Positions 34,265-47,135 of a stretch of 64,000 nt of DNA are shown here, one piece after another (position 1 is the first letter of the stretch; every line of letters begins with the position of its first letter). Position numbers and translations under genes: made by a program. Source of the DNA: Eremomyces bilateralis CBS 781.70 (lineage: Eukaryota); NCBI GenBank assembly GCA_010015585.1, contig ML975152.1, one strand, 5' to 3'. A model generated the notes under the pieces. That model was given only the letters and a program-made list of their open reading frames with translations, did no database searches and was not told where the DNA came from.

Positions 34265-37200
34265 TCACCAGAACGAGCACCATCCAATGTAATGCTGACA
34301 CAAGTTCTCCAGATTCGTCGCCTCGCGAATCAGCCGATCCACCTGCATATCCACCCCCAGTTCCGGTGTCGGCTTGAAGTCACGACCCGTCACCTTCTCC
34401 CTGACGCGGCCGAGCACCTGCAGCGCCCTCGCGTTCTGCACTTCCTTGGCTTCGGTGTCGTTGACCGCGTTCTGCTGCGCGTAGGTGGACGAGCGGGCGC
34501 GGGGCCGGTAGGAGGAGTCGCGGCGGGTGTGGGAGGGGAGGGGGTGGTCGGGGATGCTGGAGGCGGCGCCGGTGGCGGCGGGCTCGACGCCGATGATGGA
34601 GGCGCGGCGTTCGGAGGTGAAGGAGGTTTCGCCGGGAGATTCGCGGTTGTTGAGACGCCAGGTGAGGAGCGGGTCGTGGATGAACTAAGGGAGACGAAAA
34701 GTCAGTACAGGATAAATAGAAGAAATCGATCGAAGGACGTACCGCTTCCAACACCGCCATCACGCTCTCCTTGTTATCCCGGAGAACCCGCATCACATGT
34801 TCGCAGGTGGTTCGATAGCTTCCCTCGATGTTGCTGACTTCCATCGCGTACGTCAACATGCGAGTGAGGCGGAACGGCACGCGCTCCGGATATTTCTCTC
34901 GGTGCATGGCAACCTCGAAGCAGTCGCCAAAGTCGATGTGCACGATCTTGCCGGTTATGCGATCCAACATCAAGTTGGAAGGGTGTCGATCGCCCAATCC
35001 AAGAATGTAGCCAACCATGCTCATGACCGCCAAGCTGCGCGTGTAGTTTGTTCGTCGCGCAAGCCATTGCTCAGACGACTTGCTCTTGAGCCAGAGGACA
35101 CGGTACAGGTCCTGGCCGGTGGTGTTGTCCAACGCGTACCCGAACACCTCAACTTTCTGCATCAGCGTCAGGCTGTCGTAATCGGGTGCCATCTGCAGCA
35201 TGATTCGGTGCTCAATGTTGAGAAGAATCTTGCGACTCTCGCGATACTCGCGAATGAGAACGTGAAGGGTGTCGCTATTAGGCACAAAACTCAAAAGACC
35301 GGACTGCGTCGAAAGCGGAATGGCGGAATATCGCTGGACGTCGAGATGCCGCTTGCGGCATTCGGCATCGTTGGCCAAAAGCGTGTTGCAGAGCCCAAAC
35401 AGCTGCATGACTCGTTCATCTTGACGAATATCCTCGTGCCCTTTGAGAATATACTGGTAATTGTTCCCGTCGCTTCCGCGCAGGATCAGTCTCCTCGGGC
35501 GCTGCTTCGACTGAATGACATGGCTGATCGAGTCGAACGACGCAATGCGAACAACCGGTTTCCTGGGATAGTAGGTGCCCGGAATTGCCACGTCCAAGTC
35601 TTTCGCGTCTCTGAGTTTGGGAGACACGTACTGCATCTCGAGGGTCAAAAGCGTCGGAAGTTGCCGGGCGATCTTCCGGAAGACCTGATAGTAAAGGTCC
35701 CATGCTTGGTTGATGTCACCCTCTTCACGGGTCTGTTTGAAGGTATTGCACCAGTCTCTCGCCTCCCCAAGCTCGCGCCCAAACGACTGGATGAAGGAAA
35801 TCTCGCGAAGAGTCTGCGGCCCATCGTCGACCATGTCGTGCAGCGGCTTGAGAACCGAAAACATCCCCGGGATATTCCGATCGCCGAAGTACAGTCGCGA
35901 TGCTTCTTCGAGGCCCTCGTGCCATTGCTCATGCCAAAGGACGGCGATTCGGATGAGCTCCGTGCTGACGAGCTCCGCTTGCTCGACTAGCTTGGGGGAG
36001 TGCTGACGCATGACTTCCATGAGCTCCTTGGCGTGCGACTTCGGCTGGTGCGCATCCGACTTGACGGACACGGTGAATGGAAACACCAGGGCCTGAGGGT
36101 GCGCCCGCCCAAGCATGATGAGCAAATTGTGGATGGATTCTCGGACGATCCGGTTCGGTTGGTTGATCCGAGCCAGCAATTGCGGGATGACTTCAAGCCA
36201 AGTGTCCACGCTCACGAGCTCAATGCCTTCCCGAACCGCCTTTCGCACATCCGGGTGGCCTCCGTGAGCAAACCACATGGTGAGCAGACGTAGCGTGTCC
36301 TGCAACGAGCTGCTCAATGAGAGAGAAATCGACTGGAAGAACCCCTCGATGGCGGGCACGACGTGATCTTTGATCGCACTCGAAGGGAAGTCGGTAGTTT
36401 CGCGATCGCTCGACGAATTGTAGGAGTTGATGACCTCGAAATTGGCCAATGCCCATGCGTGCCATGCCTTGTACCACGACTTGTTGTGCTCCGTAGCGGC
36501 TTTGTACGCAGCCAGAATATGGTGAACCCTTTCGCCCTCCCACTTACTTTCCAGAAGCTGTTCCTGCCACTCTCCGAGTCTTAGATAACATTTGGCCAAA
36601 AGGGTGCGGTCTTCTTTGAGCGCTTCGTCAATGATGACGTGGGTTGGCTTGGTATCGTGGTCTCGACTGGATTGTCCAGTAAGGAGATGGGGATTGACCT
36701 GCGGATTGCCTTGATGTTGCGGGAATGTGCGATGTCCCTCCTCCCGCTTCTTCGCATCCTCGATCGTTCGGGCAATGTGTCGAGCACGGTGAGAAATATC
36801 CTCCGACACCTTGGTGCTGAATCCTTTCAGCAAATCCAAGGCATACCCTTGTTGGCCCTTGCCCCACATGTACTTGAATGCGGTGTATGCGACTTTGTAG
36901 CTGACAACCTCGGTGTTGTGCATGTTGGCCTGGATGTAGTGGGCGATCGGCTGGCTGGTGTTCAGCATCGAATGTAACGACTTCTCCGCCAGGCCCAGAC
37001 GATTGTTCTTGCGGCACAGATTGGTATACTTGATCCAGATGGCGATATTCTCGCTCGGCCCGATCACCAAGGAGCGGACCTTCATCATGCGTTGCCATAC
37101 TTCCGGATTCGGCTGGCAGCCCTTGAGGCGTTTGGCCCACGTGAGTCTCATCATTTGCATCTTGTCGTCGTCATCTTCGGCCTGGAATTTCTTGTACGCC

Positions 37201-40200
37201 ATAACTTCTTCAAGCTCGGACAGCATTTGCACACGGAGAACCTGGAGGTATGCTCGATCATATGATTCGCTCAACAGAGCCGTCAGCTCGGTCTCGATCA
37301 ACCCGCGAGCTCGTTCGATGAGAGTCAACGCATCGTCGAATTGATTGCGATGAATGCAAAGGATCGCGCCAAAGAAGGATCGGTCCGGAGAGGTGTTCTT
37401 CATCGTCTTAAGATACTGATCCATGAGGTCCCATTTTCCAAGACCCCATGCCGCCGCCGCCGCAAGAGGAGCCATATGGCGACGCCAATCCGAGGTTGCC
37501 CCGACCCATTTTTCCTCAGCGAGCGCCGACAGAACATCCCACTCTCCCAAAGCGTGCAAACAACGCATCTTGCCCATCGTGGTTTCGGGCTTCTCGCCTT
37601 CTGCGTCTTCTTTGCGCTGATAGGCTATCAGAGCTTCATCCCATCGCGAGAGTTTCTCGTACCAGAACTCGCGAAGATCAACATCGTGGTAGTTTTGCGC
37701 TTTGCGAAGGATACCAAACGCCGCATCGTATTGCTGCAAATGGTTGTTGATGCCGATGAGCGCCTCGACCGCATTGGGGTTTTGCTCCGCGTTGAACTCC
37801 AGCTCCTTGTAGTGTAAGGCTTTCGCATATGCATGGCATTTCATGGCGTAGGCACCCAGTAAACGCACGTCGATTGGCAGAGCCTTGTCGTCATGTTCCA
37901 TGAACTCCGCAAGGTTCAACAGCATCTGCAAAATGTCCGGGGGGATCTCGGTCGATGTCAGAGCTGTTTCGATGGAATGGACCAGATCTTCCTGATACTG
38001 ATCATAGAGCTTGGTCCAGCAAGACACGAAAGCGGAGTTGAACAGCTGGCGTGCGATGGGGTTGTAGATGCTTGCCAGAGGAGTACATGCTCGCAACGCT
38101 TGCTGGGGAGACTCGCGCAATAACTCGACGCTAAGACGACGCATCCATTCGATCCAATCCTCCTTGGTCGATTTCTGGGAAGCCTCCCACGCACTCTTCA
38201 GATGCTGTTGGTTGACTTGCAGCTCCTTCAGCGCAGCTTCCGCGATGATATGGTCATCGTCGTCGTCTCCATATCGGTGGTCCGGACTCAGATCCTGAGG
38301 TAAGGACTCTCCTCGAGCGAGCTTGTTGACCAGCTGAGCGTAGTTCGCATGGGTGATCTTGCTGTTTTGAAGGATCTTGTTCATGGTCGAAATGAAGGGA
38401 ATGTAATCTTGCCCGATTTGATAGACAAGGGCGCAAAGCGTGTCCATAACTGTCTGTCGGATCAACGTGTCTGCCGTTGAAAGGATTCTACCCAACGGAA
38501 GGATCATTTGCGGCGCATAATCAGCAAGATTGACCTTCCGTGACAAACGTCCGAGGGTCTCGATGGCCTGCTTGCGGATGCTTTGTGGTTGGCCCGTCTT
38601 CTCGAACATTCGAACAATGACGGGGATGATGAGATGTAAGTAGTCTTCAGCACCATTGCCGAATATGAGGAAGGCGTGGAGCACTCGCTCAGACGGTAGC
38701 CGAGAGGGGGATGCGTCCGTGTCAAGGACTGAAAGCATCTTAGGAAGCAGTGGAGCGAGATATCGTTTGAACTCTCCCTCCAATGACCTGGAGATAGACT
38801 CGATGAGAGACAGAATGGTGGCCTGGAGGAGCGGTTGTCCATTCCAGTATTCGTCGATCAATTGAATGATCGTGGGCAAAAATTGCCGGATATGCTGCTT
38901 CACGATCCGCACCAATTGAGAAAGTTGGTTGAAGTAACCTTCGACGCGACCAGGAGGAGCCGACTGGATGACGGTCACAAAACCAGGTATGACCAATCCA
39001 AGGAAAGGCACGCATTTGAGGCCCATTGTTGCGTAGATGTTCATGACTGCGTCGATGACAGCCGAATGGTACTGCGCGAGCGAATTGTCTTTCAACAATC
39101 CCATCAACGTGTGGATGACGACAGTCGGATAATATTCTTCATTGGACGGAGTAGTGCCGTTCATGACGAGAGTAACGTCCGTGACCGGCTGGGTGTCCGA
39201 GATGAGATGCTGCTCAGGCAATTTCTCTGCCAGCTTGGCTTCGACGTCAGGATCGACAGCACCAAGGATCCCCATGACTTTAACCGCTTCACCTCTCAAA
39301 GCAGTAGGGCCCTCATGCTTCACGATATTGTGAAGGATCTCGGTAAGTTCGGGGTGGTGTTTGTATGGATCGATGACATAGCCGCAACTGGTCGCGATTT
39401 GGCCGAGCGCATGCAGGGCGGCAATTCGTTTGGTCTCGGAGCTCAAGTCCTGCAAATTTTCAATGATCGCTCCCATTAGCTGCGGGATGAACTTTTGCAC
39501 GTTGCGGCCACCGACCGCAGCGCAGTTTCCAAGAGCTTCGAGGGTTGTTGAAGCCAGTTCCGGGTTCGCGTCGCGAGCCTTGGGAAGCATGATCGTGACC
39601 ATAGGATCGGCAAACGCTTTCATCAGTTTCGGTCCAGCAGTCACCAAGTGGCTAAGGAGTCGAGCACTCTCTTCCTTGCTCCTTGCACTGCTGGAATACT
39701 GGATTTGCGTGAGCTGTTGGATCATCGCTTTCCGAAGGGAGGGGAAGATGTAAGCAGGGTTGATGTCGCTGATACGACCGATGATTTCCATTGCGGCTTC
39801 ACGATTGGCGAAGAATTCATCATTGAGGGCGAGGAAGAGACTCCGAACATTGTCTGCTTTCCCCAAGTGATTGTCGAACCGAGTGTCGAGCGACTTAAGG
39901 ACCACACGACGGATTTCCGGGTCGGGGTCAGCAACACCAACGGTCAGTAGTTTCTGGATGACATCTCCGACAACACGGATCGCATGTCGGCTCGTCTGGT
40001 GGACGATAGGATCTCTAAGGAACAGTTGGCAGGCGGTCAGTGATGCCGCCTTTCGGATATCGGGATTGTCGGCATTGACATATTGAATGGCCACATCCCG
40101 AACAAACTCGTTCAACACATGCCCAGAGAAATCGAAGCTTCCCAGTGTTTGAAGTGAAAGAGCAATTTCGGATTCCCGCTGCTCAATGGTTTGAGGATCT

Positions 40201-41690
40201 TTGTGATCTCGAGTCCAGATCTGAATCGGGCCATGCGTGTGATGGGGGGCGCCTAGCGGAACGAATTGACGTCCGCAGAGGATTTGGCTAAGGAGGTTGA
40301 GGAGTCTTTGTTGAATGGTGGCTTTGGCAGGCGGGATATAATGAGCCATGTCCACAAGTGCCTGTGTGAGCGCCTCCGACAGGCCGCAAGCAAACATTGG
40401 ATCCAGAAGCGTGGGGACGTGTTTGCTCATTGCCTGTCCTACAGCAATAGAGATCATGCTGAGGCATTCGAAGATCTGTGCTTCACACGGGACCTTCGTC
40501 CGATTCCGGGGTAGAAGACCCTCTCGAACGAAGCCGATGATTGAGTCGAGGTACGGAGCAATGTTGCTGCCAACAGCACCTGCAATCTGGCCGACTGCAA
40601 GAAAAGATATGCCCTTCTCCTTGTCTCTGCGCATGAGGCCTTGCAGGTGAACCATGCATGGATGGAGATAGCTCGTAGCAAAATCGTTGGGGGTGTAGTT
40701 CGCAAGAACGGGAATTGTTTGAACCACCTCTTTGCGAATGGCCAATTCCTTGTGATCCTTGTACTTCAGAACAATTTCACAAGCCTCGCGGTATCTATTG
40801 CCTTCCATGAACATGGCGCCCTTATCGAACAGCTCTCGGACCGTAAGCAAGGATCCATGGACCGCTTCATTTGTTGCGATCCCAAAACCATGTAGAGCCT
40901 CCTCATAGACTCGGTTAAGCCATTGATCGCGTGTCTTCGCATCACGGGTGCTCATGATCGTAATGCATTGCCGAACCATCTCGGCGGCCTTCTCGCGGAT
41001 GAAAAGTTTCTGATCGCGCAGGGCGGACCAGATCACTTCAAAGATCTGAGGGATCCAGGAATAGATGAGGGTGGGTGAGTTCCGAGCCAGTTCCTTGAGG
41101 ACAAGAACGGCCGAATAGCGGCGGAGCTCTTGTTCTTTCCTTTCACTTTGAAGTGACTCTAGGGCACCCTTGACTTCCGCTTCGACGAGCTCCGCAGTGA
41201 GGGTTCCGCCCGGTATTGCGAGCCTCCCGAGCGCGCGTGCAGCGAAGACCATCGCAGTTGTGTCATTGCCGCGGAGGACGGATTGTAGATAGCCGGAGAA
41301 GCGAGAAGTTTTGACTCCAGCATCATCGCCCTTGAAGTCAATGAGGGCATCAAGGGCAAGAATTCCTCCGATTCGGTCATATGTGTCGAGGCTTTGAACG
41401 ACGAGGGTTGAGATTCTCGAGATGACACTGGCGTAGTATCCGGAAAACTGGCCGGGCGGGAGTTCTGCTATTCATGAGCAATATATTCCACTTCCAAGTC
41501 ATGGTGAGTACGGACCTCGATGTGCGGTGTCGACGGTCTGTCGCAAGACACCAGCAGCTCGAAAGCGGACATCGTCGTTCCTAGTCGCGCATTAGCAAAT
41601 ACGGATGAGTTTCCAAGGCGAGAGGTGTTGAACTCACTTGGATTTCAATTCCTGGAATACGCGATCCAGGTCTCGCGAAGAGTGCGCCAT
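34265..41690 (-). CDS. TOR: TOR serine/threonine kinase (PIKK family), ~4 exons
   Basis: HEAT repeats, FAT, FRB (LWHEQWHEGLEEASRLYF), kinase (LKGHEDIRQDERVMQLF, LGLGDRHPSN, HIDFGD), FATC ENLCQHYIGWCSFW* at 34265 after an intron near 34686-34743. ATG at 41690 with two short 5' introns. Confidence 0.97.
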
Positions 41691-42424
41691 CTCTTGTTCC
41701 TCTTTTAAGGTTCGCGGGTTCTCATGAAGCCTCTTGAGCTTGGCTATGTAGAGGACGACAAAGAGGCTCCGAGAAGATGAAGGACATCCATTTAGTGAAG
41801 GAGGTTGCGGTCGTACAAGATGGGGTAGGCCGCTAGAAGTTGAATGTCAATGTCAGGCGGTGGTGCCCCTCTCATAGGGCGAAAGTGTTGAGATAGATGA
41901 GAGAGAGGGCAGTAGGTGGTTGATAGTGGTTGATAGTTCGCTCACTCCGTCGCCCGCTGCATCATCCTGTTGATGTTCCAAAGCCGAGCGTTGGCCTGGC
42001 CTTGCACCACCGGTCGCTTTCGTCCGCTGTACAGCATTACTGTAGTCTGTAGCGGTGCACGCAGTGTCAGGTGAATTGCAAGGATATTTGGGTCGCTATC
42101 GCCCGCTGGAGAAAGGAATGATGATTGTGGCTCGTTTCGTCCACTGTAATCAAGCAAGGGAAATCAGCCAATCAGACCCTTCATTCTTGCAGCCATCCGT
42201 GCACGGATCACCTCCCTCACGATTGCGATTTGCGCTTCTGCTAACTATCAACAACCACGAAGCCAGGAGGACGTATGTGCTGATGTGGGATGGTGATGGT
42301 TGACAAAGATTCGTGAAATCAATTTCGGGTTACAGTCATCGCAAAGAAAAATCATTGTGTATCCGCAGGTACTCTGTTCACCCGCAAGGACCACCCGCAA
42401 GCATCGCCAGTCCTTACTGCCAAA

Positions 42425-44146
42425 ATGGCCCGCCGCTCAGGGCGACGCAGCGCGATCGCTAATGGCTCGATATCAAGTATGTACAGTCTGTCCTACGGCC
42501 AACAGCATCCTTCCACTAGAATACTTCCTCTATCGGATCTAACATACCTTAGCAACATCCACGCCAGTCAAGCCCGTCTCCGAGGAGGAGCCCGAACCCG
42601 AGCGGATGGACGAAGATGTCAACGAACCTGCCCCCGAAACGCCGGTCGTTGAAGAAGATGTTCAGTCGCAAGCCCCCGAATCCGAGATAGAACTCCCTCG
42701 ATCGGAACCTGATACACCTCCACAAATCCAACAATTCCCTCCGCGTCGGAAGCGACTTGGTCGCCCTCCCAAGAACCGCCCTCCGGACTGGGATCTAGGC
42801 GTCGAAGATACCGAGCCACCCGTCAAGCGCAAACGAGGCCGACCCCCTGGAGGCGGTCGTGGACGAGGTCGAGGCGGTTATACGCCTCTCAGCAATCGTG
42901 TCCCCATCGACAAAGAGGGGAATACGGCGGAGGTGGTCGCGGATGAAATCGTATTGCCTGAAGATCCCGAGGGCGAGACCAAGGTCGACAAGCTTGGAAA
43001 CCTTCTCGAGGGGCGCGAGTACCGTGTCCGCACCTTTACCATCAGTGGACGGTCGGGGAGGCTCTACATGCTTTCCACCGAGCCGGCGCGATGTACCGGG
43101 TTCCGAGACAGCTATCTGTTCTTCACGAAACACCTGCGTCTCCACAAAGTCATCACCACCGACGAAGAGAAACGGGACCTCATCAGCCGAGATGTCATCC
43201 CTCATTCCTACAAAGGTCGCGCCATTGGCGTGGTCACCGCACGATCCGTATTCCGAGAGTTTGGCTCGAGGATCGTTGTAGGCGGTCGAAGAATCATCGA
43301 CGACTACAAGGTCGCGGAATACAAGGCATCTGGTGTTACCGAGGGCGAACTTGCCGATCCCAACGACCGACTTCCGCCACCAGGCGAACCCTACAATAAA
43401 AACCAATATGTCGCATGGCACGGAGCCAGCGCCGTCTACCACACATCGGGACCGACCGTTCCACTCCAGCCAGGACAGAGGCCGCAGGGAAAGCGAAAGA
43501 TTCAGATCACTCATGCAAACTGGATGGTGGAACACGCTCTCGCTACAAGGTAAGGAACGCGTTCGAATCACTCAAGACCTCCCTAACATCCGCCAGCCGC
43601 TACAACTCCCAATTAACCGAGATGCGCCGCCAAGTCCTAGGCGGCATCTACGATCCCCACACGAACATCATGATGAGGCCTCAGAACACCCAACCGACCC
43701 ACGTCCGATGGCAGCAAGTCAACACCGACGCCGCCGAACTGGACGCCATTGCTGGAGTGACGAACGGAGTCAACGGAGCACACAATGGCGACGGCCATGA
43801 GATGGAGATCGACGGCGAGGTTCGTCGGGACCTCGTCGCCTCCCGCTTCCCGCCCCCGACTCAGAAGATCGCCCGGAACTTCATCGTCGTCGACACGGAG
43901 ATGCGCTCACCGCTCATGGCTGGCTTCGGACCCCCCGGGTCGGACACCGTGCAGGGCCACCCGGACTACGCGAAGAGTCTCTCTGCGGTACCCGACGACG
44001 TGCTCGCCGAGCTACCACCTGATTGCCGCCAAGCGTTCGATGAAGCGAAGTCCAAGGAACGGGACTGGATGAGGCAGTGGGGGAGGGAGAAGGATGACGG
44101 GATGCGCGGGCACCTCCGAATCGGTTACACAGGTTTTCCCGTCTAA
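42425..44146 (+). CDS. Chromatin remodelling complex subunit, Rsc7/Npl6/Swp82-like, 3 exons
   Basis: AT-hook-like RLGRPPK and KRGRPP; GETKVDKLGNLLEGREYRVRTF, YMLSTEPARCTGFRDSYLFF, VTARSVFREFG, YDPHTN...QPTH; introns at ~42476-42552 and ~43550-43596. Confidence 0.87.
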
Positions 44147-44619
44147 TCGAAACCCAGTGCGGGTGGCGTAATGTTTTGAAATACTGACATACGGTCATGA
44201 AGACGGTTTAGGGTATATGCGCATTCCGCGCTTTGTCCCGCTGAATTGAGTTTATTGACGATGTGAGGCGCCAAAGGGGAAAGGTTTTTAATATCAGGGC
44301 GCATTAAGGTCCTGTGGTTCATTGTTGCTGGCGTCCTGTGCTGGATGTACGAGTAGTACTGTTTCGATGGGATGAGGAGGTATCATGCAAGGGAGAACAG
44401 ACTGGCGGAACAAACATCATTGAGCCTTTTGCCGCTCAATGACACCGCATCAGGGATTTCGGAATCGCCGGGTTTTTTCAAACATGTACTATACCCGCGG
44501 GTACACAATCAGGTTTCCAAAACACCTCCAATGCTTCTCTCTCAGTCATGTCGTGCCATCTTTCGCTTTGTTACGTTGAACTTCCTTGCAGCTACCCGCG
44601 ACCGTGCCTTAAGAGAATC

Positions 44620-45043
44620 TATATCTAGTGCATTCCTTTATCCCTTCACGCAATGCGCCCGCACATGGTTCCCGCAAGGACGAATAAAGAAAAGGAATGG
44701 TGTAAGCTGCTGTCTCTAGGCGACCAGCCCGGGTGTGGTCTATCAGACCATGATTCGGACAAGTGATTTTCCTCCTGGCCATCAATATCGCGGTCTCGGG
44801 ATTTTCCTACCGGTTCGGGCCAACCTGCCTCCCGAGCCCATACAAGCCCACCGCGACGTTTCGGGTGTGGGTGCTCGTGTTCGCGTCGCCGAACCTCGCC
44901 ATCCTTCTGACCACCCTAACATGGTCCTTCGTGACCTTCATCTGATACCGCACATCGCCTCGCAGCCGGCTCTCCCACTCGTTGCCTTCCCCCACCTGTC
45001 CAGAGAGCCCGGACGCCGCCCGGATAGCACCAACTCGCCTTGA
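44620..45043 (+). pseudogene. Degenerate fragment resembling a fungal GprM/MG00532-like GPCR
   Basis: YPF...WFPQG...NGVSCCL* followed by VWSIRP*F...IFLLAINIAVSGFSYRFGPTCLP...TFRVWVLVFA. Resembles the SCCLPCP and G(V/F)S(F/Y)RFGxTC motifs I recall for this family. Stops present; most helices missing. Confidence 0.42.
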
Positions 45044-47135
45044 TGACCACAACTGTGCCGGCGCCGCGGGCGCCGGAGAAAGGAAAGGAGGGGGTCGGGA
45101 ATGCGATGGGGGGATGACACCGGAGATGGTGAGGGCGATTAGGCGGGGATTGGCGATGAATCCGGTGGAGGATAAGGGGGGAAAGGGAGGGGATGAGGTG
45201 GAGGCGGAAATGAGGGGGAAGGGGAGTGGTGGGAAGGAGAATGGTTCGACGAGGGGAGTAAGGAGGATCTGTCGATTTTGTGATATCGGTAGATTCAGTG
45301 TATAAAGGGAATCTTCAATCTTGGGCTATTAATAATGGAACTCGGTGCCCTGGTATCACCAGTCATATAGAATGCCATCTACAATCAATATGTTTATTGT
45401 TTTCGTCACGATTTCACCTACGGTCTAGCCATGTCATGTTGTGCAAGCGAAGATATTCATATTTCCGTCATCCCCACCTAACAACCATGTGCACTGTCCG
45501 GTCCGACGCGACAATCCGGTCGGATTCAACGAAAGTCATGAGAAAAATCGCTTGCTCGCTCGGTTTTGCGTTTCGGACGCCGCAGCCGACTTGATGCTGG
45601 ACTCCTCTGATCGTGTTTGTTTGGATAATCGTATGTATGTATCAGTATTTACATGGGTTTGTTGTGTTTGTGTGCATAAACAGGAAAGGAAACATGAATT
45701 TTTGGGAATCGCCCGGCCGATGATGGATGCTGAATGCGTTGATGAAACGATCGTTGATGTAAGTCACGTGTCTTTGGGGTGTTTGTTGGGTGATAGGAGA
45801 GTGATGGAGGTTCTTGGATGGGAAGGAGCGACGAAGCATGCCTTTCAATATTGGCAGGTAGAAACTTTTCCCCGCGTATCGTCTCCCATCCAAGGAACGA
45901 ACCTTGATCCATTACCTCCACCCCCATCGCCACCCGCCTGAACGACGTACAACACCATGAAACCCCCAGATCCTTTTTGCGCAACTCTAGCGAATGAGGC
46001 CAGCACCTCCCAAAGCGCCTATTACCGGGGTCGTAGAAATGCCTCCGTGAAAAAAACCCCTCCCGTCGCGAGTTGGGTTTACCCCAACCCGGATGATGTG
46101 TGATAAAAGAAAAAAGAGGAAAACCCGGAAAACCATAACCCAGACAAATCTATTGGTGTGCGCTCCAGCACACCCCTGCCGTGGCATCGGGAGTAATCAA
46201 GGGAAAAGCGTAACGCGACGATTACAATCAGGTGAATCGTGAGAGAAGGAAAGGGACGTGAAAGCCGCCGATCCCTGTGAGCGTGTTTGAAGTATGCGGC
46301 AAGAAGCGGAAAACGATCATGCCCGTCATGAAACAGAGATTCTTCCACTGGTCAGCGAACTGACGGCCGCCTGAGAGAGCGGTGCGAGACGTGAAATTGA
46401 TCGGCTTCAGTCCGGCCAGCTAACGTCCCGCCCATCATCTCAGTGTCCAACCAATCAGCCGAGACACTCGGAGGTCGTTTGAAGTAATCAGATCGTAAAG
46501 CAGTACACTGCAAAAGTCTAGTGGCGGTATGCGATGCAATGCTGCGCGAAGTCAAAAATGGAAACAAATTCAAGGAGCAACTCCTTCGCTCATGTCATGT
46601 CATGGAACATTTTGAACACCAGCATTTAGGGGCCGGGGGGGAGGACATGAAAACGCAGCGGCAAGTGAATGGAATGTTATGGGAACATCACACGCACGAA
46701 AATCAACGCAAAGCAAAGCAATAGAACGCAAGCAGAACAAATGAGCACAGTAGCTAAACAGGAATGGCGAAATCGCCAAAGCAAAATAAAGCAAAGATGA
46801 TTGGAAACACGCGGTAGCCACTCTGCTTTTGAAGGGAGTCCGCCGCCTCGTGTATTAAACATCGGTCATGAATGATCTGCCACGACTCCCACGCGGTCGA
46901 GCGCGATGCGGAAATTGGCATCATCGATCCGCAGCCAAATCGTTCCAAAGTTTAGATCGGGTCGGACGCAACGGTTGGAAGCTGCACACTAGTGGAAGTG
47001 AAGGAAACCAAATAGGGAAAAAGGTTCGTGGGGTATCAAAAGTGCAAACAATGATTGATGGTCCGTTGTAGGGAATTTATCGACGATGTGAGCCGCGGCG
47101 GCAAGTGTAGTGGCCCGTTCGAAAGATGCAGGTAT

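Noticed and set aside
34049..41430. Many long plus-strand ORFs over TOR (e.g. 34797-35990, 397 aa), and similar shadow ORFs over YAK1, NIP1 and RAD26
   Set aside because: Antisense or alternate-frame shadows of GC3-rich coding sequence; no motifs of their own.
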